35,124 bases of DNA from sequence record SRR31147125_1435. The stretch is one strand, 5' to 3'. Shown here piece after piece: positions 1 through 9,801 of this stretch. Below the pieces are notes generated by a model. It was given only the letters and a program-made list of their open reading frames with translations. It did not search any database and had not been told where the DNA came from. The translations under genes and the position numbers were made by a program. Each line of letters begins with the position of its first letter. Position 1 is the first letter of the stretch.

Positions 1-12
1 CAGTGGCAAGTT

Positions 13-96
13 TTACCGGAATATGCATTTGAGTGCATCCATTTGTAGATCGGATTTTTGATCTTCAGTGGAGATTCTAGTGTAGCCGATGTTCAT
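13..96 (-). pseudogene. Truncated serine recombinase (resolvase/invertase) N-terminal fragment
   Basis: Reverse strand reads MNIGYTRISTEDQKSDLQMDALKCIFR*, matching the serine-recombinase catalytic motif GYxRxSTxxQxxxxQ. A purine-rich RBS (AAAGGGAAA) lies upstream. Stops after 27 codons; not in the ORF track. Confidence 0.8.
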
Positions 97-233
97 GGTG
101 TTTCCCTTTGTTAATATTTGGATGACATGAGTTTTGAGAAAAACAGAAAAGGTGGAATGATTCTGCAATATTCTTATACCAATGAGGCAAAAATATTGAT
201 AGTATAATAATTAAAAATTAGTGATTTAAAAAA

Positions 234-1301
234 CCTGGATTCAAGTTCCAAATGCAACAACAGAATTATTAAATAAATTTTGAGGCGTTTCAAAGTCCAG
301 TAATTTTCTAGGTCGATCATTCAATCTGTCTTGAACGAAAGCTACATATTTATCACATACATTTAGGAGATTTGATTTTTTAGGAAAATATTGACGAATT
401 AAACCATTTGTATTTTCATTTAGGCCTTGCTCCCACGAACAATACGGATGAGCGAAATAAAACTGAGCATTTAGCGCTTCAGCAATTTTCTCATGTTCTG
501 AAAATTCTTTGCCGTTATCGCTGGTCAGGGTATGTACGAGATTTTTATATGGCTCCAACATGTCTATCAATGCCCTGGTGACTAATGATGCTTCTTTTTG
601 TGGGACGTATCTTATAAGGCAAAGCTTTGCTATTCTTTCAACAGCAGTAACAAGAGCGCCTTTATGTTTTTTGCCGATCACGGTGTCGATTTCCCAATCT
701 CCAACTCGTTCTTTGTTATCAACAATAGAGGGGCGTTTATCTATACTGACTCGATTGGGAATGTAGCCACGACAATCCTTGTTTTTAATGCGCTTTCGAC
801 GCTTTTTATGTCCTAAACGCAGATGTTTGTAAGGATCGCTGCCGGTCTTTTGTTCCTGAATAATGAACTGGTAATGGATTCGTGGCTAACAAATGGTTTA
901 TTATTCTTCTTGAGCCACCCGATAATTTGTTCGGGACTCCAGTCTTGTTTTAGATATTTCTTAACGTCCTTTTTGATCTCATGGTAAATCGGACGTGTTT
1001 GACAGCATTTTTCCTTCTTTCAAGAGCTTGTTGATTAGCCTGTTTTGGACGATACCCTTTGAGCCCTGTATTGCGTTTAATTTCACGGCTCACGCTTGAT
1101 TTGTTATCACCAATAAATTTGGCTATTGCAGTTTGGTTACATCCAGCTTTAAGATATGCATATATTTCAATTCGTTGTTCGTAAGATAATTGTTTGTAGT
1201 TCATCCAGTGCGCCAGTTTCGATTCTAACTTCCCTAGTACTAGAACTAAGGAAGTTAATAATTATTAGAATAAACTGTTGCACTTATTACTTGAACTCAA
1301 G
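234..1301 (-). mobile_element. IS30-family insertion sequence (~1068 bp)
   Basis: Imperfect terminal inverted repeats: 234-260 CCTGGATTCAAGTTCCAAATGCAACAA versus the reverse complement of 1275-1301 CTTGAGTTCAAGTAATAAGTGCAACAG (19/27 identical). They enclose an IS30-type transposase whose stop codon lies in one IR. No clear target duplication. Confidence 0.88.
241..1204 (-). pseudogene. IS30-family transposase with two 1-nt frameshifts (~983 and ~873); 321 aa if repaired
   Basis: N-terminal HTH (YKQLSYEQR...KSSVSREIKRN). The middle segment WSPEQI...SHESI/YQFI is in other frames. DDE motifs GDWEIDT, TSDNGKEF and NENTNGLIRQYFPK, plus LNDRPRKLL. No internal stops once two bases are restored. Confidence 0.88.
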
Positions 1302-1483
1302 TAATTAAGATTAAAAACGTTAAAATTCAATTTTTAAAAGCATACTTAATTATGTAAAGGTAAGCTCAATATTATTTCAAGCGATTATTTTCGGTAAAAA
1401 TGTTTTTCACAGTTTGACTTTTAGAAAAAGTTCTTCTTTACTCGATAAATTTTGTATCCAAGCATAAAAAAATTAAAAAGTAT

Positions 1484-1512
1484 TTGCATTTTATATTTTA
1501 AAAATGTATAAT
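1484..1512 (+). promoter_or_regulatory. Putative sigma70 promoter for the GH10-led operon
   Basis: TTGCAT (1484-1489), 17-nt spacer, TATAAT (1507-1512). The region is very AT-rich, so a chance match is possible. Confidence 0.55.
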
Positions 1513-1523
1513 TGTCATACAAT
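1511..1523. promoter_or_regulatory. Putative FadR/GntR operator, copy 1
   Basis: ATTGTCATACAAT, one mismatch from the perfect ATTGTC-A-GACAAT palindrome at 8907 and 9802. Overlaps the end of the -10 box. Confidence 0.65.
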
Positions 1524-1664
1524 ATAATGATATAATAATATGAATAAATAGTAAGCTTTGTTTTTTTATAATATATGGGATAAAATATTCCTCTGATGAT
1601 AATAGTAACCTTTATGGGATAAACTAAAATCAACATTGATAAAAACAGATAGTTGGGAGGAAAA

Positions 1665-3071
1665 ATGTCTGATCGTTTTCTGAAATTTAGGAATCTAGTT
1701 TTCCAAGCAATTGCATTATTGTTGTTATGGCATTTTTTTGCCAATCCTGTCTTTTCTCAAAACGTTTTTGCAGACTATGAAAAACTCTGGAATGATCCGA
1801 AATTAGAAAAATTAATTGACAACAATATTGAAACTTTCCGTAAAGGTGATGCTATTATTCAGGTTTTAACGGAGAATGGTAAACCGCTAACAGGAGCCAA
1901 AATTGAAATTAAACAAAAAGATCATGAGTTTCTCTTTGGATGTAATCTTTTTTATTTAAAAGGATTTGAGACAGAAGAAGAAAATGAAAAATATGAATCT
2001 TTGTTTTTAAAATTATTCAATTTTGGTAGTGCACCGTTTTATTGGTCTGATCTGGAACCAGAGCCTGGTAAAATTCGGTTTGCTAAAGATTCCGAAAAAA
2101 TCCATCGTCGTCCCGCACCAGATGTTTTACTGGAATTTGCCCGAAAGCATCATATCCAACTAAAGGGGCATCCATTGATCTGGTTTGCATTTTATCCTGA
2201 ATGGCTTCCCAAAGATGAGGGTAAAGTGGAAGAGGCTATGGTAAAGCATATTTCCGAAATTGGGCAGCGTTATTCCAAAGAAATCAAGATTTGGGATGTT
2301 GTCAATGAATCGCTCTGTCGTCCGGGTAATGGAGAAGGCAAATGGGCGAATAGTCTGCCAAGAGATTATGTGGCTAAATCTTTTCAAATGGCTGATAAAG
2401 CATTTGCACCGGATAATACCTTGATGATAAATGAAGTGCCAAGTGTTTCACACAGGTATCATCGTGAAGAGAGTCCTTATTATTTACAAATTTCAAATCT
2501 TATTTTACGAAATATTCGCCTTGATGGCATTGGTTTCCAGTTTCATATTATGTCTAAAGAGGGTTTTCAATCTGTAATTGAAGGTCATTCTTATAATCCG
2601 AAACTTTTATCCAATGTGTACAATTTGTATAGTGAATTTAACCTTCCACTTTATATTACCGAAACTACCATTCCAACTTTTGAGGAATTTGGTGGTCAAA
2701 AGATGCAGGCAAAAGTAGTGCGTAATTTTTACCGATTTTGGTTCAGTGTACCTAAAATGGCCGGAATTACCTGGTGGAATCTTGGTGACGGTACAGCTAT
2801 TCGCTGGAATGATGGCCGTGATGAAAATCGCGCTTTTGGTGGGCTTCTTGACGACAACCTGAATCCAAAAGAATCTTATCATGTACTGGATCAATTGATT
2901 AATCATGATTGGAATACAAATATTTATGGAAATATTTCAATTGATGGCACATTTTCCTTTAGAGGATTCTATGGGAAATATCTGGTAAAAGTGATTGACG
3001 GAAGAAAAGTAAAGGAATTTGAAATAAATCTAACGAAAAACGGGCCGATTCATTTTGAACTAAAATTCTAA
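1665..3071 (+). CDS. Secreted GH10-like glycoside hydrolase (endo-1,4-beta-xylanase family)
   Basis: RBS GGGAGG before ATG 1665; signal peptide ending VFS-Q. Motifs KGHPLIW, WDVVNE (acid/base), LMINE, DGIGFQFH, PLYITE (nucleophile), GITWW, and C-terminal FRGFYGKY. Confidence 0.85.
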   Translation: MSDRFLKFRNLVFQAIALLLLWHFFANPVFSQNVFADYEKLWNDPKLEKLIDNNIETFRKGDAIIQVLTENGKPLTGAKIEIKQKDHEFLFGCNLFYLKGFETEEENEKYESLFLKLFNFGSAPFYWSDLEPEPGKIRFAKDSEKIHRRPAPDVLLEFARKHHIQLKGHPLIWFAFYPEWLPKDEGKVEEAMVKHISEIGQRYSKEIKIWDVVNESLCRPGNGEGKWANSLPRDYVAKSFQMADKAFAPDNTLMINEVPSVSHRYHREESPYYLQISNLILRNIRLDGIGFQFHIMSKEGFQSVIEGHSYNPKLLSNVYNLYSEFNLPLYITETTIPTFEEFGGQKMQAKVVRNFYRFWFSVPKMAGITWWNLGDGTAIRWNDGRDENRAFGGLLDDNLNPKESYHVLDQLINHDWNTNIYGNISIDGTFSFRGFYGKYLVKVIDGRKVKEFEINLTKNGPIHFELKF

Positions 3072-3285
3072 GTTTTTGATAAAAATGTGACTTTCGTGCT
3101 CAAATTTGAGCATAATTATCGATTCCGTTTTTTGTTTTGTGAGATATTGGCTAACTGGTTGTTTATGAATTAGCTTGTCTGGAATTCGACTATTAAAAGT
3201 GTCTCCCGTATCAAGGATCCGGATCATGCTGAAAAATATTGATACCTTTTCGAATATATAATGAAATAACTAAAAAGGATGGAGA

Positions 3286-4107
3286 GTGACAACAAAAGTA
3301 GAGATTCTCGCAGAAGGATTAAATTTTCCGGAGGGTCCGGCTTTTGCTCCTAATGGTTTCCTGTGGTGTGTTGAATTAAAAGGTGGGAATGTGGTGCGAT
3401 GGCAGCCTGACGAATTAGAGATCATTCCAACCGGAGGAGCTCCAAATGGTTTGGCTTTTGATTCAAATGGTACCGTCTGGTTTTGTGATTCGGCTCAGAA
3501 TTCCATTCGGACCTTTGGTCCTATCTCAGGACAATTTAATACGATCGTTGATAGCATAGACGAAAAGCCTTTATTTCAGCCAAATGATCTTGCTGTTGAT
3601 CCCAGGGGGAACCTGGCATTCACCAATCCCGGTGATTCCCGTTCCATTCCCAGTGGTTATGTCTGTTGTTTAGATATAGAAATGAATGTAAAAAAAATAG
3701 CCACAAATATGTATTTCCCCAATGGTTTGGCTTTTGTTAACAATGGGAAAAATCTGGTAATCGCTGAAACCTACAGGCAGCGATTGTGGATTGGAAAATG
3801 GGACGCAGATACAACAGAATGGATCGATCCAAAACCCTTTGCGGATGTCGGAGGACAAATTGGGCCGGATGGCATGGCGCTTGGGCAAGACGGACTTTTA
3901 TATGTAGCTGTTTACAGTAGTGGTCAGATTAAAGTCGTCAATATGAAAGGTGAGATTGTCAGAGTTTATGATCTTCCGGGTCAAAATCCGACGAATGTTG
4001 CTTTTGATCCATCCGGAGAATTGGGTTTAATCGTCACGGAAGCGGAAAAAGGGCTTTTATTAAGCCTGCCTGAAATTGGACCGGGAGAACCTTTATTTAT
4101 GGCATAG
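3286..4107 (+). CDS. SMP-30/gluconolactonase/LRE family protein
   Basis: GTG start with GGAG RBS. Beta-propeller motifs FPEGP, PNGL, PNDL, FPNGLAF, GPDGM, PTNVAF. No signal peptide. Confidence 0.9.
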   Translation: MTTKVEILAEGLNFPEGPAFAPNGFLWCVELKGGNVVRWQPDELEIIPTGGAPNGLAFDSNGTVWFCDSAQNSIRTFGPISGQFNTIVDSIDEKPLFQPNDLAVDPRGNLAFTNPGDSRSIPSGYVCCLDIEMNVKKIATNMYFPNGLAFVNNGKNLVIAETYRQRLWIGKWDADTTEWIDPKPFADVGGQIGPDGMALGQDGLLYVAVYSSGQIKVVNMKGEIVRVYDLPGQNPTNVAFDPSGELGLIVTEAEKGLLLSLPEIGPGEPLFMA

Positions 4108-4173
4108 TAATAATGAGCTAAAAAAAGTTGTAAAGAATGACAAGATAGAACGTCAACGTACCTTGATAATAAT

Positions 4174-4743
4174 TTGACTCAAAATCAAATAAAAATTGTA
4201 TCAGAACATATTGAGCATCAGTTAACCAGGGAGCAGATGTTTGAAATAATATCGCTGTTATATAGCGTGTGGCCCAAGTCCAATATATCATTAGACAAGT
4301 TGGTTGAAGAGAATTTTGTTTCTGCCCAAAATAATCCGGATGATTTTACCAGGCGTTACGTCGTTTGGGAAAATAAAAAAGCGGTTGCCCATGCCAAAAT
4401 ATTTCCCAGAACGATACTTACCGGATTAACAAAAATTGAAATTGCCGCGTTGACAGCCGTATGCGTGTCGGAGAGTAGGAGAGGTGCTGGTTTTGGCAAG
4501 CTGATTATAGAGTCCGTATTTCATTACATAAAGGATTGTTTGAACGGAGTTACATTGTTTCAGACGAACGTACCGGATTTTTATAAAAAACTAAGTGCCA
4601 TAGAGGTGAAAAATCGTTTCGTTAATCGGTTGAATATAACTGATCCACACTCGAATCCATGGTGGGAAGATCATATCATGATTTATCCAGGAGATTTTCC
4701 ATTTCCATCAACTGAAATCGATCTGAATGGTCCTGGTTACTAA
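4174..4743 (+). CDS. GNAT family N-acetyltransferase (start uncertain; alternative ATG at 4237)
   Basis: Acetyl-CoA binding motif A (AVCVSESRRGAGFGKLII) and motif B (VPDFYKKL). Confidence 0.78.
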   Translation: MTQNQIKIVSEHIEHQLTREQMFEIISLLYSVWPKSNISLDKLVEENFVSAQNNPDDFTRRYVVWENKKAVAHAKIFPRTILTGLTKIEIAALTAVCVSESRRGAGFGKLIIESVFHYIKDCLNGVTLFQTNVPDFYKKLSAIEVKNRFVNRLNITDPHSNPWWEDHIMIYPGDFPFPSTEIDLNGPGY

Positions 4744-4930
4744 AACAACTTGCTTATGAAAATTACTGACATGTAAATATATCAACATGATATTTTTACT
4801 ACGATGGGCTTGATTAGCTCACTTATATTCCGGATTGTCTATTCGGTTTGAGCCCGATTTTAAGAATTCAGTCCTGCATATACGGTTAAAGTTTGAGTAA
4901 TTCATTCTGCGATTATTACTGGAGATAAAT

Positions 4931-6870
4931 GTGAGAGGGATGATAATCCGAACAATTAAATTAGCAGGTCTGGCTTCCTCATATGCTGTTTATTTTTCAC
5001 TCAACCTGTTCAGCCTCGGATAAATATCGCGCAGGGACCTTTTAAAATCAAGATTTTGAAGGATGTAATGGTAGGGATACGTGACAGTGTAATGCTGGCG
5101 ACAGATGTCTATTTGCCCTATCAAAATAACTACAAAACTGATGATCGATTCCCCGCCATACTGGTCAGAACATCATATAGCAAAAACCGGGAAAACGGTA
5201 CAGCCATTTATCGTGCTTTCGCTTCTTTTGGCTATGTTGTTGTTGCCCAGGACACGCGGGGTCGATACAATTCTGAAGGTGTCTGGCACATGCTCACAGA
5301 TGATGGGCGTGATGGCTATGATACAGCAGAATGGATCGTCAGCCAACCATGGTCTAATGGCAAAATAGGTATGTGGGGTATGTCATACGATGGCGGAACC
5401 CAGCATGCCGCGGCTTTGGAAAAGGCACCCGGACTGGTGACAGTTATCCCCGTGGATGCCATGTCCAATATGGGAACAGCAAGCATCCGAAATGCAGGTG
5501 CCTTTGAACTGCGATTTTGGAACTGGATATATTGTGTGCTTCCCGGGAGTCGTCAGGCACGCAACCCGGGAATACGCAGGATGTTCAACGATATGATAAA
5601 AAACAAATCCTGCTATTTGGGGAATTTACCTCTACGACGTGGTACCACACCGCTCAAAGTTGCCAGTGAATATGAAGAGTGGCTTGTCGAAGCCATGTGC
5701 CACGGCGCCAACGATTCGTTCTGGGAGCAAAATGATATTATTCATTATTCGGATCAGTACAAAGATATCCCAGTCTATCTGGTCGGCGGTTGGTATGACT
5801 CGTGGGGGAGCAATACGACGGCCAATTTTAAGGAACTCAGCAAGTCGATCAAGGGTCCCGTTTATCTCATTATGGGGCCCTGGACTCACGACGGATCACA
5901 TGCAGAATATTACTTTCCGCCCGGTCGTGACGGATATACTCATGGACAGGTCTGTTTTGGTCATCAGGCAATGGTTCACTCAAACACGATGCAGTGGCTT
6001 TTGGCATGGTTCGATCACTGGTTAAAAGGATTGGATAACGACGTCGGTAAAGCGGATCCATTCACAACAAAAGTTCGAATCTTTGTAATGGGAACAGGAG
6101 ATGGTCACAAGACCGAAAGCGGTTTTTTATATCATGGCGGCTATTGGCGGAATGAGCACGAATGGCCTCTGGCGCGAACACGTTATACACCTTATTTTCT
6201 CCATGGGCATGGAAGACTCGATACACAGTCTCCGTCGGAGAAAATGCTGTCAACCTCTTTTACGTTTGATCCACGGAATCCTGTTCCCACCATTGGTGGA
6301 AATATCTCTTCCGGTTCAGGTCTCATGTTACAAGGAGCCTGGGATCAGCGTGGCGGTGAGCATATATGGAATTGGACAGATCCCATTCCACTTTCAGTTC
6401 GCAATGATGTTGTGGTTTTTCAAACGGATCCACTCCCTGAAGATTTGGAAGTGACAGGTGAAATAACGGTGAATATCTGGGCGTCCTCATCTGCGCTGGA
6501 TACTGATTTTACTGCCAAACTTATTGATGTTTATCCGCCGAATGAAGATTATCCGGATGGTTTTGATCTGAACATTGGAGATGGAATCATCCGTGCCCGG
6601 TTCAGGGACTCTTTTCTGGAGGAAAAGCTGATGCAACCGGGTAATATCTATCCGTTTACGATAAAATTGTATCCAACGTCGAATATCTTCAAGAAGGGGC
6701 ATCGTATCCGGGTGGATATATCGAGCAGCAATTATCCACGTTTTGATGTGAATCCAAATACAGGTGAACCCTTGAACAATCACAGACGCATGGAGATTGC
6801 TATTAATAAAATTTTTTATGATAAAGAACATCCATCCCATATCATTCTGCCGGTAATTCCAAAGATGTGA
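4931..6870 (+). CDS. CocE/NonD family serine hydrolase (esterase/acylase); probable signal peptide separated by a 1-nt frameshift at ~4975; intact ORF portion 5056-6870
   Basis: Motifs RDSVMLATDVYLP, RTSY, QDTRGRYNSEG, nucleophile GMSYDG, GGWYD, GPWTH and RIRVDISSSNYPRF. GGAG RBS plus GTG 4931 gives MRGMIIRTIKLAGLA, which joins FLICCLFFTQP... if one T is added. Confidence 0.88.
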
Positions 6871-6924
6871 TTATTATGTTTATTAATCTCGGTTTTCTAT
6901 TTGAATAATGGGATGGTAAATGAA

Positions 6925-6950
6925 ACACTGGTGTATTCCAGTGTAATTTT
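6925..6950 (+). terminator. Weak stem-loop after the CocE/NonD gene
   Basis: ACACTGG-6 nt-CCAGTGT followed by AATTTT. Confidence 0.3.
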
Positions 6951-7009
6951 GAAACGTGCTAAACAATTTATGCTCATTCGAGTGTGTATTAAAATGGAGG
7001 TTTAAACAA

Positions 7010-7719
7010 ATGCCTGATAGCAAAAGTTATAAATTAGCCCCCCTTGAATTAGATTATGATGTGCTTGATATTGCTGAACGGTACAAAAAATTATACACGG
7101 GTTTGGTCTATGATGCTTGTGAATATTTTGGATTAAAAGGCAGAGCTCTGGAAAGTGGTATTTATCCTCTGGTGCATACGATGAAGTTAGGTGGACCGGC
7201 TTTTACCATTCACGGAATCTCTACTCCCAGTCGGGATGATTTTGTCCATGATATTCGGCTTGGTATGCTAAAAAGTATGACCCTGGATGTATTCAAATAC
7301 GTGATACTCAGAATAATAAAAACTGTGGACAATTTGGTGAGATTTCCGCGACTGCCGCCCAGGCAGCAGGTTGTGCAGGTGCTGTTATTGATGGGAGTAC
7401 CAGAGACAGTACTTTTCTTATTGAAATGGGATTCCCGACATTTTGTCGTTTCCGAAATCCTGTTGAAGCATTTGGCCGTTGGATGGCAGTAGATTACCAA
7501 ATCCCTATCTATGTAAATGGCATAGATGGCAAAATGGTTGTAAATCCTGGCGATTTTTTGGTTGGGGATAATGACGGGATTGTCGTTGTTCCAAAAGAGT
7601 TCACCCTTAAGGTTCTCGAACATGCGGAAACATGGGCCAAATCGGAAAGTAAAAGTCGTAAAGCAATGAGTGACGGTATTGATCCATTTGATGTTTACGA
7701 GACTTATGGACGTTTCTAA
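7010..7719 (+). CDS. RraA/HMG-CHA aldolase-like protein, frameshifted at CCC 7281-7283 (236 aa if one C is restored)
   Basis: GGAGG RBS, ATG 7010. LYTGLVYDA...GPAFT continues in the other frame as GQFGEISATAAQAAGCAGAVIDGSTRD...VNPGDFLVGDNDGIVVVP, all RraA-family hallmarks. Joins track ORFs 6956-7492 and 7426-7719. Confidence 0.85.
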
Positions 7720-7955
7720 TTTTATTGTCTATGGGTGCAGATAGTTGAGGACACATTGAATAATAAAGTAATAATTTCCCTAAATATTGGTTATTTTTAT
7801 TATATTTATTCTTGGAAAAAAATTATGATATTGTTTTTATATTTGAATTAAATCTACCCAACTTTTGAGTTTTGATTCGGAAAAAAATAATAAAATTTCG
7901 ATATACGACCTTTCGGGTGAGTTTGTTTTGTATATCCGGAAGTTTAGGAGAAAAA

Positions 7956-8706
7956 GTGACTGAATTAAAAAATAAATGGGCCTTAATAACAGGGGCCAGT
8001 CGTGGTATTGGTGCTGCCATAGCTACTGATTTGGCAAAAGCAGGGGTAAACATCGTTTTAAACTACAATCGCAGTAAGGAAAAAGCGATATTAGTACAGA
8101 AAAAAGTGGAAAAAATGGGAGTAAAATCCTTACTGATTCAGGCTGACGTTGGAAAATATGATGCTATAAAAGCAATGGACAACACCATCAAAGATGAAAT
8201 AGGAACAATTGATATATTGGTAAATAACGCGGGTGTTGAAACCCGCCAATCCCCGTTAAGCTTCGATGAAAAGACGTATGAGTGGATATTGAATACAAAT
8301 TTAAAAAGCGCTTTCTTTTGCGCGCAATTGGCCATTCCAGGTATGAAAGAAAAAGGATGGGGGCGAATTATCAATATATCATCAGTACATGAAAAGAGCC
8401 CAACCGGTTTTTGCGCTGTGTATGGTATGACCAAGGGGGATGCACATGATGATGAAAGAACTGGCTTTGGAATATAGTCAGTTTGGTATTACAATCAATA
8501 ATATCGCACCTGGTGCGATTCGTACGGATATCAACAGAGAAGCCTTATCAGATCCGGAGTACGAGGCTAAAGTCGTTTCAAAGATTCCTGCCAGGTTCAT
8601 CGGCGAGCCAAAAGACATCTCCGGGGCTGTTGTATTTCTTGCCTCCGAGGCGGCTAGATACATTACAGGTACATCTTTATTTATAGATGGGGGACTTGCG
8701 TTGTGA
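7956..8706 (+). CDS. SDR family NAD(P)-dependent oxidoreductase (FabG/glucose-dehydrogenase-like), frameshifted at the G-run 8435-8439
   Basis: AGGAG RBS and GTG 7956. Motifs TGASRGIG, NNAG, NISS and catalytic YGMTK. The C-terminal NNIAPGAIRT...YITGTSLFIDGG is in the 8440-8706 frame. Confidence 0.88.
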
Positions 8707-8881
8707 TTGTATAGAATCAGGTAAAACTCATGAAAAACAAGTCATGGATGTTCAAGATTGATTCAGGATATTATAGTTCTTGTATAAAAGAAGAAATATT
8801 TAAATAACTTTGGAATGAAACGGCTGTAGGAGTGATTAAAAAGGATTTTTTCATAAAGACTTTAAGAAAACCTAAAAAAAC

Positions 8882-8909
8882 TTGACATTTATTATAGAAG
8901 TATTAAATT
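8882..8909 (+). promoter_or_regulatory. Putative sigma70 promoter of the regulator gene
   Basis: Perfect TTGACA (8882-8887), 16-nt spacer, TAAATT (8904-8909), overlapped by the operator palindrome. Confidence 0.55.
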
Positions 8910-8919
8910 GTCAGACAAT
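8907..8919. promoter_or_regulatory. Putative FadR/GntR operator, copy 2 (autoregulatory)
   Basis: Perfect palindrome ATTGTC-A-GACAAT about 30 nt upstream of the GntR gene; fits the FadR-subfamily TxGTxxxACxA pattern. Confidence 0.75.
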
Positions 8920-8948
8920 AAAATAATATTATAAAAAATGTCGGAATT

Positions 8949-9716
8949 ATGAAATTACAAGAAATAAAAAAAGAAAATTTATCCAAAACAATCATCAGAG
9001 CTCTCGGTGAATACATTCTTAATAACAAGCTTAAATCGGGTGATCGTTTACCAACTGAACAAAAAATAGCCGAAGATTTGAATGTTAGCAGAAGTGCGGT
9101 TAGAGAAGCATTAAAAGTGCTGGAATTTATTGGCCTTGTAAAAAGTAAGCAAAGAACAGGAACCGTTTTGACAAGTAATGGCGTCGAGCCTTTTATGCTA
9201 CCTTATATTTTTGGTATCATTCTGGAAGACACTGAATTAAATCATATTATTCAATTAAGATTGACATTTGAGCAAGGAGCAGCACGTCAAGCTGTATTAA
9301 TGGCCTCGGATGAAGAGCTAGAGATTCTCATGAAAATGGCGAAAGAGCTGGATATGCTAAAAGCTAAAGTTGACTTTGAAGCTAATCCGTCAGAACAGCA
9401 GGAACTTGCTTTTAAAGAAAATAAATTTCATCAAAAACTTTTAGAACTCTCCCACAATCCAATTTATAACCAATTTCGCCATCTGTGGTGCACGTTTTTT
9501 TCCAGAGTGCGCGATTCTGGAGACCTCTCACGCGCATCCAGGACCGGGAAAAATAGATCAGAAGAGCAAATTACTCACCAAAAAATTGTTCAAGCCCTTA
9601 TGGACCGGGATGAGGAAAAAGTTGTAGAACTAATCAAAAATCATCTTTCCTATTGGCTGCAAAATACGGATTCCCTCTCAAAAGAAATGCTGATTCGTTT
9701 AATGAATAAATCCTAA
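8949..9716 (+). CDS. FadR/GntR family transcriptional regulator
   Basis: Winged HTH GDRLPTEQKIAEDLNVSRSAVREALKVLE and FCD domain (RLTFE, FHQKL...SHNP, HQKIVQAL). Confidence 0.93.
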   Translation: MKLQEIKKENLSKTIIRALGEYILNNKLKSGDRLPTEQKIAEDLNVSRSAVREALKVLEFIGLVKSKQRTGTVLTSNGVEPFMLPYIFGIILEDTELNHIIQLRLTFEQGAARQAVLMASDEELEILMKMAKELDMLKAKVDFEANPSEQQELAFKENKFHQKLLELSHNPIYNQFRHLWCTFFSRVRDSGDLSRASRTGKNRSEEQITHQKIVQALMDRDEEKVVELIKNHLSYWLQNTDSLSKEMLIRLMNKS

Positions 9717-9801
9717 TCCACACACTATTTTATTTTTTCAGGAAAATTAAGGTTGCCTTAAACTGAAAGAGAGGAAAGAAAAAAGGTTTTTATTAAATAG
9801 A

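Noticed and set aside
1278-1320. Hybrid outward promoter formed by the IS30 end
   Set aside because: TTGCAC and TTGAAC in the IR have no properly spaced -10, and a better native promoter exists at 1484-1512.
1421-1744. 107-aa minus-strand ORF
   Set aside because: Low-complexity translation of AT-rich promoter DNA overlapping the GH10 start.
6956-8706. Programmed frameshifting or phase variation in the RraA and SDR genes
   Set aside because: Runs are short (C3, G5) with no slippery heptamer or stimulatory structure; sequencing error or decay is simpler.
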